From Bradymonadia bacterium (GTDB lineage: Bacteria > Myxococcota_A > Bradymonadia > UBA7976 > UBA1532), in the NCBI GenBank assembly GCA_046290225.1, contig JBKAGE010000082.1:128001-192000 (forward strand): a stretch of 64,000 nt of DNA. Direction: 5' to 3'. Shown here piece after piece: positions 20,191-30,531 of this stretch; positions within the stretch are counted from its first letter, which is position 1; every line of letters begins with the position of its first letter. The position numbers were made by a program, and so were the translations under genes. A model generated the notes under the pieces. The model was not told the origin of the DNA and made no database searches. It saw nothing but the letters and a program-made list of their open reading frames with translations.

Positions 20191-20838
20191 ATGACACACA
20201 CACCTGATCAGACCCCCTTGCCCGAAGGGCTCGTATGTGGCCCAGATGGCCTGCCCCGCTGTAAGTGGGGCGTGAGTCATCCGCTGTACATCGACTATCA
20301 CGATCACGAGTGGGGTCGACCGGAGCCCGAAGACGTCAAGCTGTTCGAGAAGATCTGTCTGGAGGGGTTCCAGTCCGGCCTGTCGTGGCTGACCATCCTC
20401 AAGAAACGCGACAACTTCCGGGCCGCCTTTCACGGCTTCGACATCGATCAGGTGGCGGCCTTTGGTGAGGCTGATGTCGCGAGGCTGATGAGCGACACGG
20501 GCATCGTTCGCAACCGCCGCAAGATCGAAGCGACGATTCACAACGCCCGAATGGCTCAGCAAATGCGGGAGGCAGAAGGGTCACTCGGCGCGTGGTTCTG
20601 GCGCTGGGCGCCCCCACGCCGCGAGGCCCCGCTGGACTGGTCGACCTTGAGATCTCTCGGCAAGACCCCCGAGAGCGAGGCCATGTCCAAAGCCCTCAAG
20701 AAGCTGGGGTGGCGTTTCGTGGGCCCCACCACGGCCTACGCCTTCATGCAGGCCATGGGTCTGGTGAACGATCATGTAGCCGGTTGCGCCTTTCACGCGG
20801 CCACTGAAGCCGACGCACAGGCATTTCAACGGCCCTGA
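20191..20838 (+). CDS. tag: DNA-3-methyladenine glycosylase I
   Basis: RC.W, YHDHEWG, LEGFQSGLSW.TIL.KR, GIVRNR.KI, FVGPTT.YAFMQA.G.VNDH. Confidence 0.95.
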   Translation: MTHTPDQTPLPEGLVCGPDGLPRCKWGVSHPLYIDYHDHEWGRPEPEDVKLFEKICLEGFQSGLSWLTILKKRDNFRAAFHGFDIDQVAAFGEADVARLMSDTGIVRNRRKIEATIHNARMAQQMREAEGSLGAWFWRWAPPRREAPLDWSTLRSLGKTPESEAMSKALKKLGWRFVGPTTAYAFMQAMGLVNDHVAGCAFHAATEADAQAFQRP

Positions 20839-20839
20839 T

Positions 20840-21988
20840 TCAAGACATCACCGGTACCAGCTCTCCCGCCCGTGGCATGACGAGCAATGGCCCAGCACCG
20901 GCCATCTCCAACGCCGTGGCGATATCGGGTGCATAGTCCGCGAAGCTGAGCGCCACCTTCTCGGAGGGCTGAGTGCTCACCAGAATCACCCGATGATGTT
21001 CAGGCAGGCTGTGCACGATGCCCAGGCGATAGATCTTGTCGTTGATCACGTCGATGGGCCCGAGGCCCTCTTCACATGCCGCGGCGAGGATGATCGTGCC
21101 ACCCTCTTCGAGGACGCGCCCCGCGGGCACCAGCAGCTTGCAAGCCTGGTACAAATTCATGGTCACGGGCCAGCGGTCGGAGACCATGACCACCGGCGCT
21201 TTCCGGCTCACCTGAACCTCGAAGAGCTCCCGAGCGCGCATCACACCCACCCGATGGGCCTCCACGGGATCACCCGCTACCACCGCCACGGGTCCGCCCT
21301 CAGACCCTCGGACGACGTTGACGATGAACGCAGGGCCCGCCATGGCCCCGGCGGCCTCGAGATCGGCCCGGCACGGGTTGCCCTCGACGACGCCCAGCCG
21401 CGCCCCAGGCGCAGCCTTCAGTGTGTGGTTGTGCCAGATGCCCGGGGCGCCGGCCGCGCCGGGGAAGAGCCCCTTGTAACCGCCAGCGTAGCCCGCGAAG
21501 TAATGAGGCCTGATCTCACCGAGGGTGATGACGAGATCAGCCTCCACCACGGCGCTCGGATAGCAAACCACGGTGCCGTGGTCCGTACGCCCCACTTCGA
21601 CCAGATCTTCAGCGTAGGCGTCGTGAGACCAGGTCGTGCCGCCTCGAGACTCGACCAGCACGCGCGCTGATGCTGGCGGCGCTTCTGGTGGGTGCTTGCC
21701 TCCTGCCACGCCCAGAGAGATCGACACGTGCTCGGGGATCTGCGCCAGCACAGGAGGCAACATGTGCCGGGCCACGCCTTTTCGGCTGCTGTCCGGCATC
21801 AAGATGCAGATCGAGCGGGCCTCGGCGACACGCTCCCGCAGCGGCGCCGAGGCAACAGGCGCTGAGAGGGCTTCATCGATCAGCGACCCCCAAACACCCT
21901 CCTCGACATCCTTGCCGACGATCGTCCGTGTCGACTCGGGCACCTGGACCGACAGCGGAGATCGGCCCCAACCCAGGGTCAAAGTCAT
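20840..21988 (-). CDS. LarA-family (lactate racemase-like, nickel-pincer) protein
   Basis: PD.SR, PHYFAGYAGGYK..PG, NLYQA.K, GGTIILAA.C.EG.G. Confidence 0.8.
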   Translation of the reverse strand: MTLTLGWGRSPLSVQVPESTRTIVGKDVEEGVWGSLIDEALSAPVASAPLRERVAEARSICILMPDSSRKGVARHMLPPVLAQIPEHVSISLGVAGGKHPPEAPPASARVLVESRGGTTWSHDAYAEDLVEVGRTDHGTVVCYPSAVVEADLVITLGEIRPHYFAGYAGGYKGLFPGAAGAPGIWHNHTLKAAPGARLGVVEGNPCRADLEAAGAMAGPAFIVNVVRGSEGGPVAVVAGDPVEAHRVGVMRARELFEVQVSRKAPVVMVSDRWPVTMNLYQACKLLVPAGRVLEEGGTIILAAACEEGLGPIDVINDKIYRLGIVHSLPEHHRVILVSTQPSEKVALSFADYAPDIATALEMAGAGPLLVMPRAGELVPVMS

Positions 21989-22097
21989 GGGTTTGCCTTC
22001 GAAATGCACCTGTACCCCTTGCGCATCGAGGCGCGGTTCTTAAGGTTGCGCGCCAAAGGGCCATCGCATCCCAGAGAGCCAATGGCCCAGCCGAACG

Positions 22098-22124
22098 CTA
22101 ACACTCACTCACCGTGACGCATAA
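22098..22124 (+). promoter_or_regulatory. Degenerate CIRCE (HrcA operator)
   Basis: CTAACACTC-N9-GACGCATAA vs consensus TTAGCACTC-N9-GAGTGCTAA (7/9 and 5/9), just upstream of groEL. Confidence 0.45.
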
Positions 22125-22140
22125 GAAAGCGAAACAGCAT

Positions 22141-23811
<1,671 letters not shown>

Positions 23812-23828
23812 GACAGCCCTGTCCCCGC

Positions 23829-23862
23829 CGAGGTCACAGCGCGCACAGCCGCTGTGGCCTCG
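23829..23862 (+). terminator. Stem-loop after groEL
   Basis: CGAGGTCACAGCG..CGCTGTGGCCTCG; no clear U-tract. Confidence 0.35.
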
Positions 23863-23917
23863 CTCTCCCCGACCTCACCTTGCACACCGGCGACTGCCGC
23901 CTCTACCATGTTGCGTA

Positions 23918-24835
23918 ATGCGCGCTCTTCCTGCCCAGCTTCTGCCGCTCTGTCTGCTCACGTCTGTTGGCTGTGATGGTGGTACCTCTGCCAGATGGCA
24001 GAGCGGAGATGATCACATCACCGACGCTCAGCCTGTCACCTCGAGCCGCTATGGCCTGGTGACGCTGCATCGAGAGGCCGGTGTCGAGGGCATTACCCTG
24101 AGCGCACAAATCATCGAGTATGCCGGCCTCACCGAAGCGGAGGCCCTGCACACCGTGTTGCCCGCCGAGCGGGCGTGGCTCATCGAAGATCTCGACGCCG
24201 CAGAGGCCCAGTGCACGCCGCTGCACACCGACGCCCCGACCTTCGATGATCTCGACAGCGCCTCTGGTGGACCATGGATCGAGCTGCTCGATGGTGGGCC
24301 CTTCGAAATCGCCACCGGCATCCCCTCGGACGCCAATCTCGAGCATCAGGGAGGCACCTTTCAGGTGAGCCCACAACCACTGCCCGCCGTCATCCCGGCC
24401 CTGGGCGGTGTGGTGTACGACGGCAGCTCTGCGCGCATCAGCGCCCACCCGCTGGCGGTCTATTCCATAGAGAGCCTGTCTGCCCTCGACGCCCACGTAG
24501 GCCCTGTGAGCGGAGGCGTCGGCGCCGCAGATCCCATTCGCATTGAAGCCATCACATGGGCTCAGGGTGGCGCCCACGTGCAGATCAGCGGCCCTGGCCG
24601 AGCCACGCTCATCTTCTCCCGAGAAGAAGAAGGACAGCCCGCTGGCGTACGCTGCACCCTCCCCCATGGCGGCCGGCATCTCATACCTACAGAAGCCATC
24701 GGAGACGGGGCCCTCAAGGTCACCGCAGCCCGAGTTCAGCAGGGCACACTCGACATCGACGGTGTCCCCCGTGCAGATCTGATGTTCATCTCCAGCGATG
24801 TGGCGTATCTTGCGCCCCGCAACGCCACCGACTGA
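23918..24835 (+). CDS. Hypothetical lipoprotein
   Basis: MRALPAQLLPLCLLTSVGC lipobox; ends 21 bp before the PP2C gene. Confidence 0.6.
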   Translation: MRALPAQLLPLCLLTSVGCDGGTSARWQSGDDHITDAQPVTSSRYGLVTLHREAGVEGITLSAQIIEYAGLTEAEALHTVLPAERAWLIEDLDAAEAQCTPLHTDAPTFDDLDSASGGPWIELLDGGPFEIATGIPSDANLEHQGGTFQVSPQPLPAVIPALGGVVYDGSSARISAHPLAVYSIESLSALDAHVGPVSGGVGAADPIRIEAITWAQGGAHVQISGPGRATLIFSREEEGQPAGVRCTLPHGGRHLIPTEAIGDGALKVTAARVQQGTLDIDGVPRADLMFISSDVAYLAPRNATD

Positions 24836-24856
24836 AGAGTCTAGAGAGGAGGGACG

Positions 24857-25621
24857 ATGCGCATTACGTCCGCCGGGCGGACCCACGTGGGCATGAAACG
24901 CACCCACAACGAAGACAGCCTGCGCATCTGTCGGGACCAGAACCTGTTCATCGTCGCCGACGGCATGGGCGGTCACGCTTCCGGTGAGGTGGCCAGCCAG
25001 CTCTCTGTAGAGACCCTCGCCGAGTTCTACCGCGCCACCGCCGAAGATGACGAGATCACCTGGCCCTTCAAGCTCGACAAGGGCATGGGCTACCAGGAAT
25101 CCCGCATCACCACCGGAGTGAAGCTGTCGAACCGAAGGGTGTACGAGAACGCCTGCCGCGACGCCAAGCTCAAGGGCATGGGCACCACCCTCGTCACCCT
25201 CTACCTCCATGGTGGCAATGGATACATCGGCCATGTGGGTGACAGCCGGGTCTATCGGTTCCGCAGCGGCCAGCTCACCCAGATCACCGAAGATCACTCC
25301 CTGCTCAACGACTACATCAAGATCAAGAAGCTCACCCCAGAAGAAATCGAGGCGTTCCCTCACAAGAACGTCATCGTACGGGCCCTGGGCATGAAGGAGA
25401 ACGTGCAGGTGGATGTGCACGCCGAGAAAGCACAGATCGGCGACATCTTCCTGCTCTGCTCCGATGGCCTCTCCGGCATGATCACCGATGAGGGCATGGA
25501 GCAAATCCTCGTCACCCACGGCAGCGATCTCGAGAAGTCGTGTGAGGTGCTCATCGAGACCGCCAACCAGAACGGCGGCACCGACAACATCACAGTGATC
25601 CTCGCCCGCTACGAGAGCTGA
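24857..25621 (+). CDS. PP2C-type Ser/Thr phosphatase (Stp1/PrpC family)
   Basis: THVGMKR.HNED, VADGMGGH, GMGTT, HVGDSR, LLCSDGL, GG.DNIT. Confidence 0.95.
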   Translation: MRITSAGRTHVGMKRTHNEDSLRICRDQNLFIVADGMGGHASGEVASQLSVETLAEFYRATAEDDEITWPFKLDKGMGYQESRITTGVKLSNRRVYENACRDAKLKGMGTTLVTLYLHGGNGYIGHVGDSRVYRFRSGQLTQITEDHSLLNDYIKIKKLTPEEIEAFPHKNVIVRALGMKENVQVDVHAEKAQIGDIFLLCSDGLSGMITDEGMEQILVTHGSDLEKSCEVLIETANQNGGTDNITVILARYES

Positions 25622-26643
25622 TCCTCCACGATCACCCTCTGGCTCCACAGGCCAGCACCCACCCTCACACCAGACCACACGACCGTCCGGTCCAGGTGCA
25701 CCCCTGAGGCGATCTCTGCTTCAGCACCTACGGCCGACAGAGCGCCGATCCGCGCTCCAGCGTGTACTTGCGCTTTGGGACCGATCCAACAGGGACCTTC
25801 GATCTCTGCTCGGGGAGAAATCTCTGCAGAGGGGTGTACTCGACGCCCCCGCCCGTCGGGCTCTGGCAATCCCCCCATGGGCATGGCCCCAGTGAGGATG
25901 GCGGCGTGAGCGTCCAGGTAACGCTCGGGAGTGCCCACGTCGAGCCAGAAACACGACGCCTCGGTGTCGACGAAAAAGCCTCTGACATCAACGCCTTCGG
26001 CCATCAGGGCTTTATGAGCTGTGCGGAACACGTCACCGGGGCCTTCGGGGATGGCCTCGACGAGGGCAGGTGACACGACCTGCACGCCAGTGAAGGCGCC
26101 CAGACGCAGGCCGTCGGGGTGTGCACCCCGACGCTCCACCTCGGAGATGCGCCAGACCAAGCCGTCCTCGTCGACCGCCACACGTGCGAAGGGTGATCCC
26201 TGTGGCACCTGCCTCAACGCCAGCGTCGCCAACGGGCGATGTCGCGCATGGGCAGCGAGTACGGGCGATACGTCGAAGCTGAACAACGCGTCACTGTTCA
26301 CGGCCACCAGAGGGCCGGAATCGCCGAGTACCTCCTCGAGACACGCGGCGATGCCCCGCAAGCCGCCCCCAGTGCCCTGAAGTGTCTCCTCATCGACAAA
26401 GTGCAAACGCTCTGGTCGATGCGCCAGGGCGTGTGGGATCTGTGCCCCGAGGTGCCAGGTGTTGATGCCGATGGGATCGACCCCTGCACGTGCGAGGGCG
26501 TCGAGTGCGAACGACACCAGCGGACGACCCATGATGGGCACCAGCGGTTTGGGTCGATGGTGGGTCAGAGGCCTCAACCGGCTGCCGAGGCCTGCGGCGA
26601 GCACGGCGCCGCGCCAAAGTGGGGTGTGGTCTTCGGCGTCCAT
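25609..26643 (-). CDS. NDP-sugar synthase / nucleotidyltransferase with left-handed beta-helix tail
   Basis: LAAGLGSRLRPLT..RPKPL, GTGGG, NSD, WLDVGTPE.Y, hexapeptide repeats. Confidence 0.85.
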   Translation of the reverse strand: MDAEDHTPLWRGAVLAAGLGSRLRPLTHHRPKPLVPIMGRPLVSFALDALARAGVDPIGINTWHLGAQIPHALAHRPERLHFVDEETLQGTGGGLRGIAACLEEVLGDSGPLVAVNSDALFSFDVSPVLAAHARHRPLATLALRQVPQGSPFARVAVDEDGLVWRISEVERRGAHPDGLRLGAFTGVQVVSPALVEAIPEGPGDVFRTAHKALMAEGVDVRGFFVDTEASCFWLDVGTPERYLDAHAAILTGAMPMGGLPEPDGRGRRVHPSAEISPRAEIEGPCWIGPKAQVHAGARIGALSAVGAEAEIASGVHLDRTVVWSGVRVGAGLWSQRVIVEDQLS

Positions 26644-26881
26644 CGCGCCCTTCGATCTGAGGGTTGATTTGAAGGCGCAGAGCACCACAATGGCGTGTGC
26701 TGTGGCCAATGATGGCTTCGAACACTGACGCAGATGTCAGAGTACACGGCCAAAGGCTTTCTGGGCACTTCATGAAAAGTCTTTGATTTACGAAACCTTT
26801 CACCACAAGTGCATCACTGGCACGAGGTGTGCTCTGGTGAAAGGCAGGTCAACAACATCCCCCTCAGGGGGCAGACGGGCA

Positions 26882-29053
26882 ATGTCACCTCACTCTCACC
26901 ACCCCAACCGCAGAAAGTCCCCTACTTTCAAGCGCATCGGGGCCATCACTCTGTGCCTCCTCGCGTTGCTCGCCGGTTGCGACGACGATGGCGGGTCTGA
27001 TCCTGGCGTCACAGGGGCTGCCGACGGTGGCCTCCCTGATGCGGGGGCACCGGTGAGCACGTTGATCTTCACCCTTGGCGAGGCCGACATCCCCACCACT
27101 GGCCCGCGCGGCAGGCTTCGGCTGCAAGCCGACGACATCACTACAGGCGCTCGAAGCCTCGTCGATCTCGGCCAGATCCCCGCCGAGCTGCCCGCCCGCA
27201 TCAACGCCGGCGAGCTGCCCAACGGTCGCTACACCCTCACCGTGTTCTTCGATCGCGACGACGACAATGTGCACGACGGCTGCCCCTGGCCGCCTGACCC
27301 CAGCCACCCCGCTCAGGCCGACACCTTCGACAACCTGTATGCCACCGCAGAGATCGACCTCACAGAGATCGATCTCGAAGCAGTACCTGACGAAGCGCTG
27401 CCTCAGCTCATCATCGAGCGGCACATTTGTGGCCCTGGCGACGAGGCCACCGGCCTGACCGGCATGCTGTCTCCAGAAGAAGGGGTCGAACTCCAGGGCC
27501 CTGTGGCCATGTACTTGACCCCCCTCGTCGACGACGGGCTGCCGAGCGGCGAGCGGCCTACAGGCGACGACGCCCCCGCCCTCGAGAGCACGCCGAGCTT
27601 CATCCCTTTGTTCCCCAATGGGCTGAGGGCTGCTCAGCCCTTCAGCGTCGGGCAGCTGCTCCCGGGGCGGTATCGGGTCGTCTTCTTCGAAGATGCCGAT
27701 CTCGACGGCCAGCCCACGCCATGCGGGCAGGGCATTGGTGGCGGTGATCGCCAGCTCGCTCAAATCGACGAGCTCGAGATCCAGGCGGGGGACCGCACAG
27801 AGATCGCCGATCTCGTCACCCTCACCCTCGCCGAAGGCTGCCCCGCCGATCTTACGGGCGTCACCGGCACGGTGACGTTGAGCCCCATGCTCAAGCAGGC
27901 CCTTGAAGAAGAGCAGATGCGCCCCGACGAGGGCATCGACCTGAACCGTGAGTTACAGTCAGCAGCAGTGCGGCTGGCTCTGCTCAGCCCCGCCGGAGAG
28001 CTGGCCATCGACGTCGATCTCTTCGAGCGCCTCAGCGATCAGCCACTGCCCAGGCCCTTCACCGTCACCGGACTGCCCGAAGGCAGCTGGCGCATGGTGG
28101 TGTACCTCGACGCCGATCGAGATGGGCTGTTCAACCCCTGCGGTGGGGTCAACAGCGGCCTCGATCGCATCTATGCTCAGGTGGATCGGGTCGATGTGCT
28201 GCCCTCTCAGATCGCCGAGGTGGAGCAAGTCACTCTGTCGATGCCTGAGCTGTGCGCCACCACCGAAATCGGACTCACCGGCCGCCTTGCCTTCGATGCT
28301 GAAGACGGCGCGGTGGGCAGCGGACGCCCCATCAGGTTGTCGTTGTTGCCCATCGATGGTGCTGGTGAGCCCCGGGATCTGGTCATCTTCGAGAACCACC
28401 AGACCGTCTTGGAGAATGCTGCCCAGGCCGACGAGCCGGGTGGAGGTTACCGCTTCTCACTCGCCGGTGAGTTGCCGCCAGGGGTGTACCAAGCCAGGTT
28501 CTATATCGACAGCAACAATGATGGTGTCTACACCACCTGCCTGAACGACAACCTCTTCGGCGATCGCGCCAGCGTTCAGCTGCCCGAGCCCGTGGAGATC
28601 GTCGAAGGGCGCCTCACCGAGCTCGATCGGGTGCAAATCGTCCGAGAAGCAGACCTGGACGGCAATGTGTGTCGCGCGCCCCGGTTCGACGTCGGTGTAC
28701 AGGTCGAATGGGGCCCAGTGCACTTCGAGCCCCCTCAGGGCATGCCCCTCAGGCTCTTCATGCAGGAGGCAGGTGGCTGGTCAGCAGACTACCGGGTCGC
28801 CCCTGAGCTGAGCCGTGTAGAGTTCCCCTGGCGCCCTGAGGCCTTGTACGAGCCTCTGCAGCCCGAGCTGGGGCTGCCGCCAGGGGACTACACCCTCACC
28901 TACTATGCCGACGTCAATGGTGACGGAGCCCTGGGGCTGTGCGACGGCGCAGATCCGGATGGCCTCCTGGGCTCTGCGGCGATCAAGCTCGACGCCACAT
29001 CGAGCAACCCCCTGATGATTTCCCTCACGCTCGAAGACCAGTGTTACGACTAA
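26882..29053 (+). CDS. Large acidic lipoprotein with five repeated DxDxDG/Cys modules
   Basis: Lipobox LAGC; five LPxGxY...DxDxDG...C modules. Confidence 0.75.
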   Translation: MSPHSHHPNRRKSPTFKRIGAITLCLLALLAGCDDDGGSDPGVTGAADGGLPDAGAPVSTLIFTLGEADIPTTGPRGRLRLQADDITTGARSLVDLGQIPAELPARINAGELPNGRYTLTVFFDRDDDNVHDGCPWPPDPSHPAQADTFDNLYATAEIDLTEIDLEAVPDEALPQLIIERHICGPGDEATGLTGMLSPEEGVELQGPVAMYLTPLVDDGLPSGERPTGDDAPALESTPSFIPLFPNGLRAAQPFSVGQLLPGRYRVVFFEDADLDGQPTPCGQGIGGGDRQLAQIDELEIQAGDRTEIADLVTLTLAEGCPADLTGVTGTVTLSPMLKQALEEEQMRPDEGIDLNRELQSAAVRLALLSPAGELAIDVDLFERLSDQPLPRPFTVTGLPEGSWRMVVYLDADRDGLFNPCGGVNSGLDRIYAQVDRVDVLPSQIAEVEQVTLSMPELCATTEIGLTGRLAFDAEDGAVGSGRPIRLSLLPIDGAGEPRDLVIFENHQTVLENAAQADEPGGGYRFSLAGELPPGVYQARFYIDSNNDGVYTTCLNDNLFGDRASVQLPEPVEIVEGRLTELDRVQIVREADLDGNVCRAPRFDVGVQVEWGPVHFEPPQGMPLRLFMQEAGGWSADYRVAPELSRVEFPWRPEALYEPLQPELGLPPGDYTLTYYADVNGDGALGLCDGADPDGLLGSAAIKLDATSSNPLMISLTLEDQCYD

Positions 29054-29115
29054 GTATGCGTCTACACTGGACACCCTGACCCATTTGGGCGCCTGGGTCG
29101 ATCCGTGTGACCCAG

Positions 29116-29170
29116 GCCTTCTTTCTCGTCTACTTTTTTCCGAATTCAAAAAGTAGAAACAAAAGAAGGC
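29116..29170. other. AT-rich imperfect inverted repeat
   Basis: GCCTTCTTT..TCTACTTTTT / AAAAAGTAGA..AAAGAAGGC followed by A7. Confidence 0.55.
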
Positions 29171-29211
29171 AAAAAAATTCACCGACGGTGTGCTCTGGTG
29201 GTCAAAATGAT

Positions 29212-29329
29212 GTCACCAGCGACAACACCGTAGTCAACAACGACTACAGCGTATCATCACCGACAACAAAAGAGTCACTCGTGACACATGGTGTCACTTG
29301 AGACACGCCAAAGTGGTGTCATCAACGAC
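29212..29329. repeat. Array of six GTC-N6-GAC sites (putative phased operators/iterons)
   Basis: Sites start at 29212, 29233, 29253 (ATC variant), 29274, 29293, 29318. Confidence 0.7.
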
Positions 29330-29547
29330 AACGGTGTTCAGAGACACGATCACGCCGATCCCCCATCAAAGACAGAACAGGCGTTCAGATCTCGACCCAT
29401 GGGTGATTTTTGACCCACAGAGGGTGAAAACCATTCAGAAACGGGCTGGTGTCTGCTCGATCCTCACCTGGATCTTCAGATTTGCCGGGTCAAAAGTTAC
29501 CCACAGGCCCAGTCCGCTTGACCCCCCGGATTAAAGGGTTTTTCGAG

Positions 29548-29556
29548 TTATCCACA
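29548..29556 (+). promoter_or_regulatory. Consensus DnaA box
   Basis: TTATCCACA; co-oriented variants TTACCCACA (29497-29505) and TGACCCACA (29411-29419). Confidence 0.5.
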
Positions 29557-29622
29557 GGCTGGCACGGGCGGTGCACAAGGGATTGGGCAGACATCAACCA
29601 GGCACCTCATCGGGGGATGAAC

Positions 29623-30396
29623 ATGGCCAGCACCGCCCAAGCGATTCAGACCGAACTCGACTTTCAGCTCACGCTCAACCGCAATGAAGTGGTCGAGAAG
29701 TACGCGTACTTGATCAAGAAGGTCGCTTACAAAATCATCGCCCGGCTGCCCGCGAACGTCGAAATGGACGATCTCATGAGCGCCGGCGTCATCGGCCTCA
29801 TCGACGCAGCAGAGAAATACGATCCTGAGAAGAGCCGTAATTTCAAGAGCTATGCCGAGATCCGGATCCGCGGTGCCATGATCGACGAGCTGCGCTCCCT
29901 CGACTGGGTGCCCCGCAGCGTGCGTCAGAAGGGCGCCAACATCGAGGCGGTCACCGCCGAGCTCACCGCCCGCTTCGGCCGCCCCGCCACCGACGCCGAG
30001 GTGGCCAAGGAGATGGGCCTTGAGCTCAAAGAGTTCCACGTCTTCGCCGAGCGTGCCCGGGCTGTCTCCGTCGTGTCCTACGAGGATCTCGGCAACGGCG
30101 ACGGTGAGGACAAGCGTGACTTCCTGGCCTGTGTGGCCGATCCCGAGGCCGTGAGCCCCGAGGAGTACTCCTCCCAGCGCAACCAGCGCGACATGATGAT
30201 GCGGGCGATTCAAAAGCTGCCCAAGCGCCAGCGCGTCGTGCTCCTGCTCTACTACTTCGAGGACCTCAACCTGAAGGAGATCGGCACCATCCTCGGCGTG
30301 ACCGAGTCCCGCATCTCCCAGATTCACTCCGCCGCCGTGGCGCAGCTGCGCACCGTCTTCGCGGAGATGATGGCCCAGGACGCTGTGGCCCTCTGA
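29623..30396 (+). CDS. fliA: FliA/WhiG-family sigma factor (sigma-28)
   Basis: DDLMSAG.IGLIDA, F.SYA..RIRGAMIDELR.LDWVPRS.R, L.EIG.ILGVTESRISQIH. Confidence 0.92.
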   Translation: MASTAQAIQTELDFQLTLNRNEVVEKYAYLIKKVAYKIIARLPANVEMDDLMSAGVIGLIDAAEKYDPEKSRNFKSYAEIRIRGAMIDELRSLDWVPRSVRQKGANIEAVTAELTARFGRPATDAEVAKEMGLELKEFHVFAERARAVSVVSYEDLGNGDGEDKRDFLACVADPEAVSPEEYSSQRNQRDMMMRAIQKLPKRQRVVLLLYYFEDLNLKEIGTILGVTESRISQIHSAAVAQLRTVFAEMMAQDAVAL

Positions 30397-30531
30397 GGCC
30401 GCTGGAGCACACGCTCCGACCCCCCTCCCCGCTGAGCCCCGGCCATTCCCCCGAGGCTGGATCGCGCTCCTCCCCTTACAACGACCCCCACACTTGATGT
30501 ATCTCCTTCTATCGATTTCATGGAGGTTGAG

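Noticed and set aside
29200..29350. Possible CRISPR mini-array
   Set aside because: Period ~20 bp with only ~7 conserved bases; no cas genes
29532..29560. TAAAG as an autoregulatory sigma-28 -35 element
   Set aside because: No GCCGATAA-like -10 at the proper spacing
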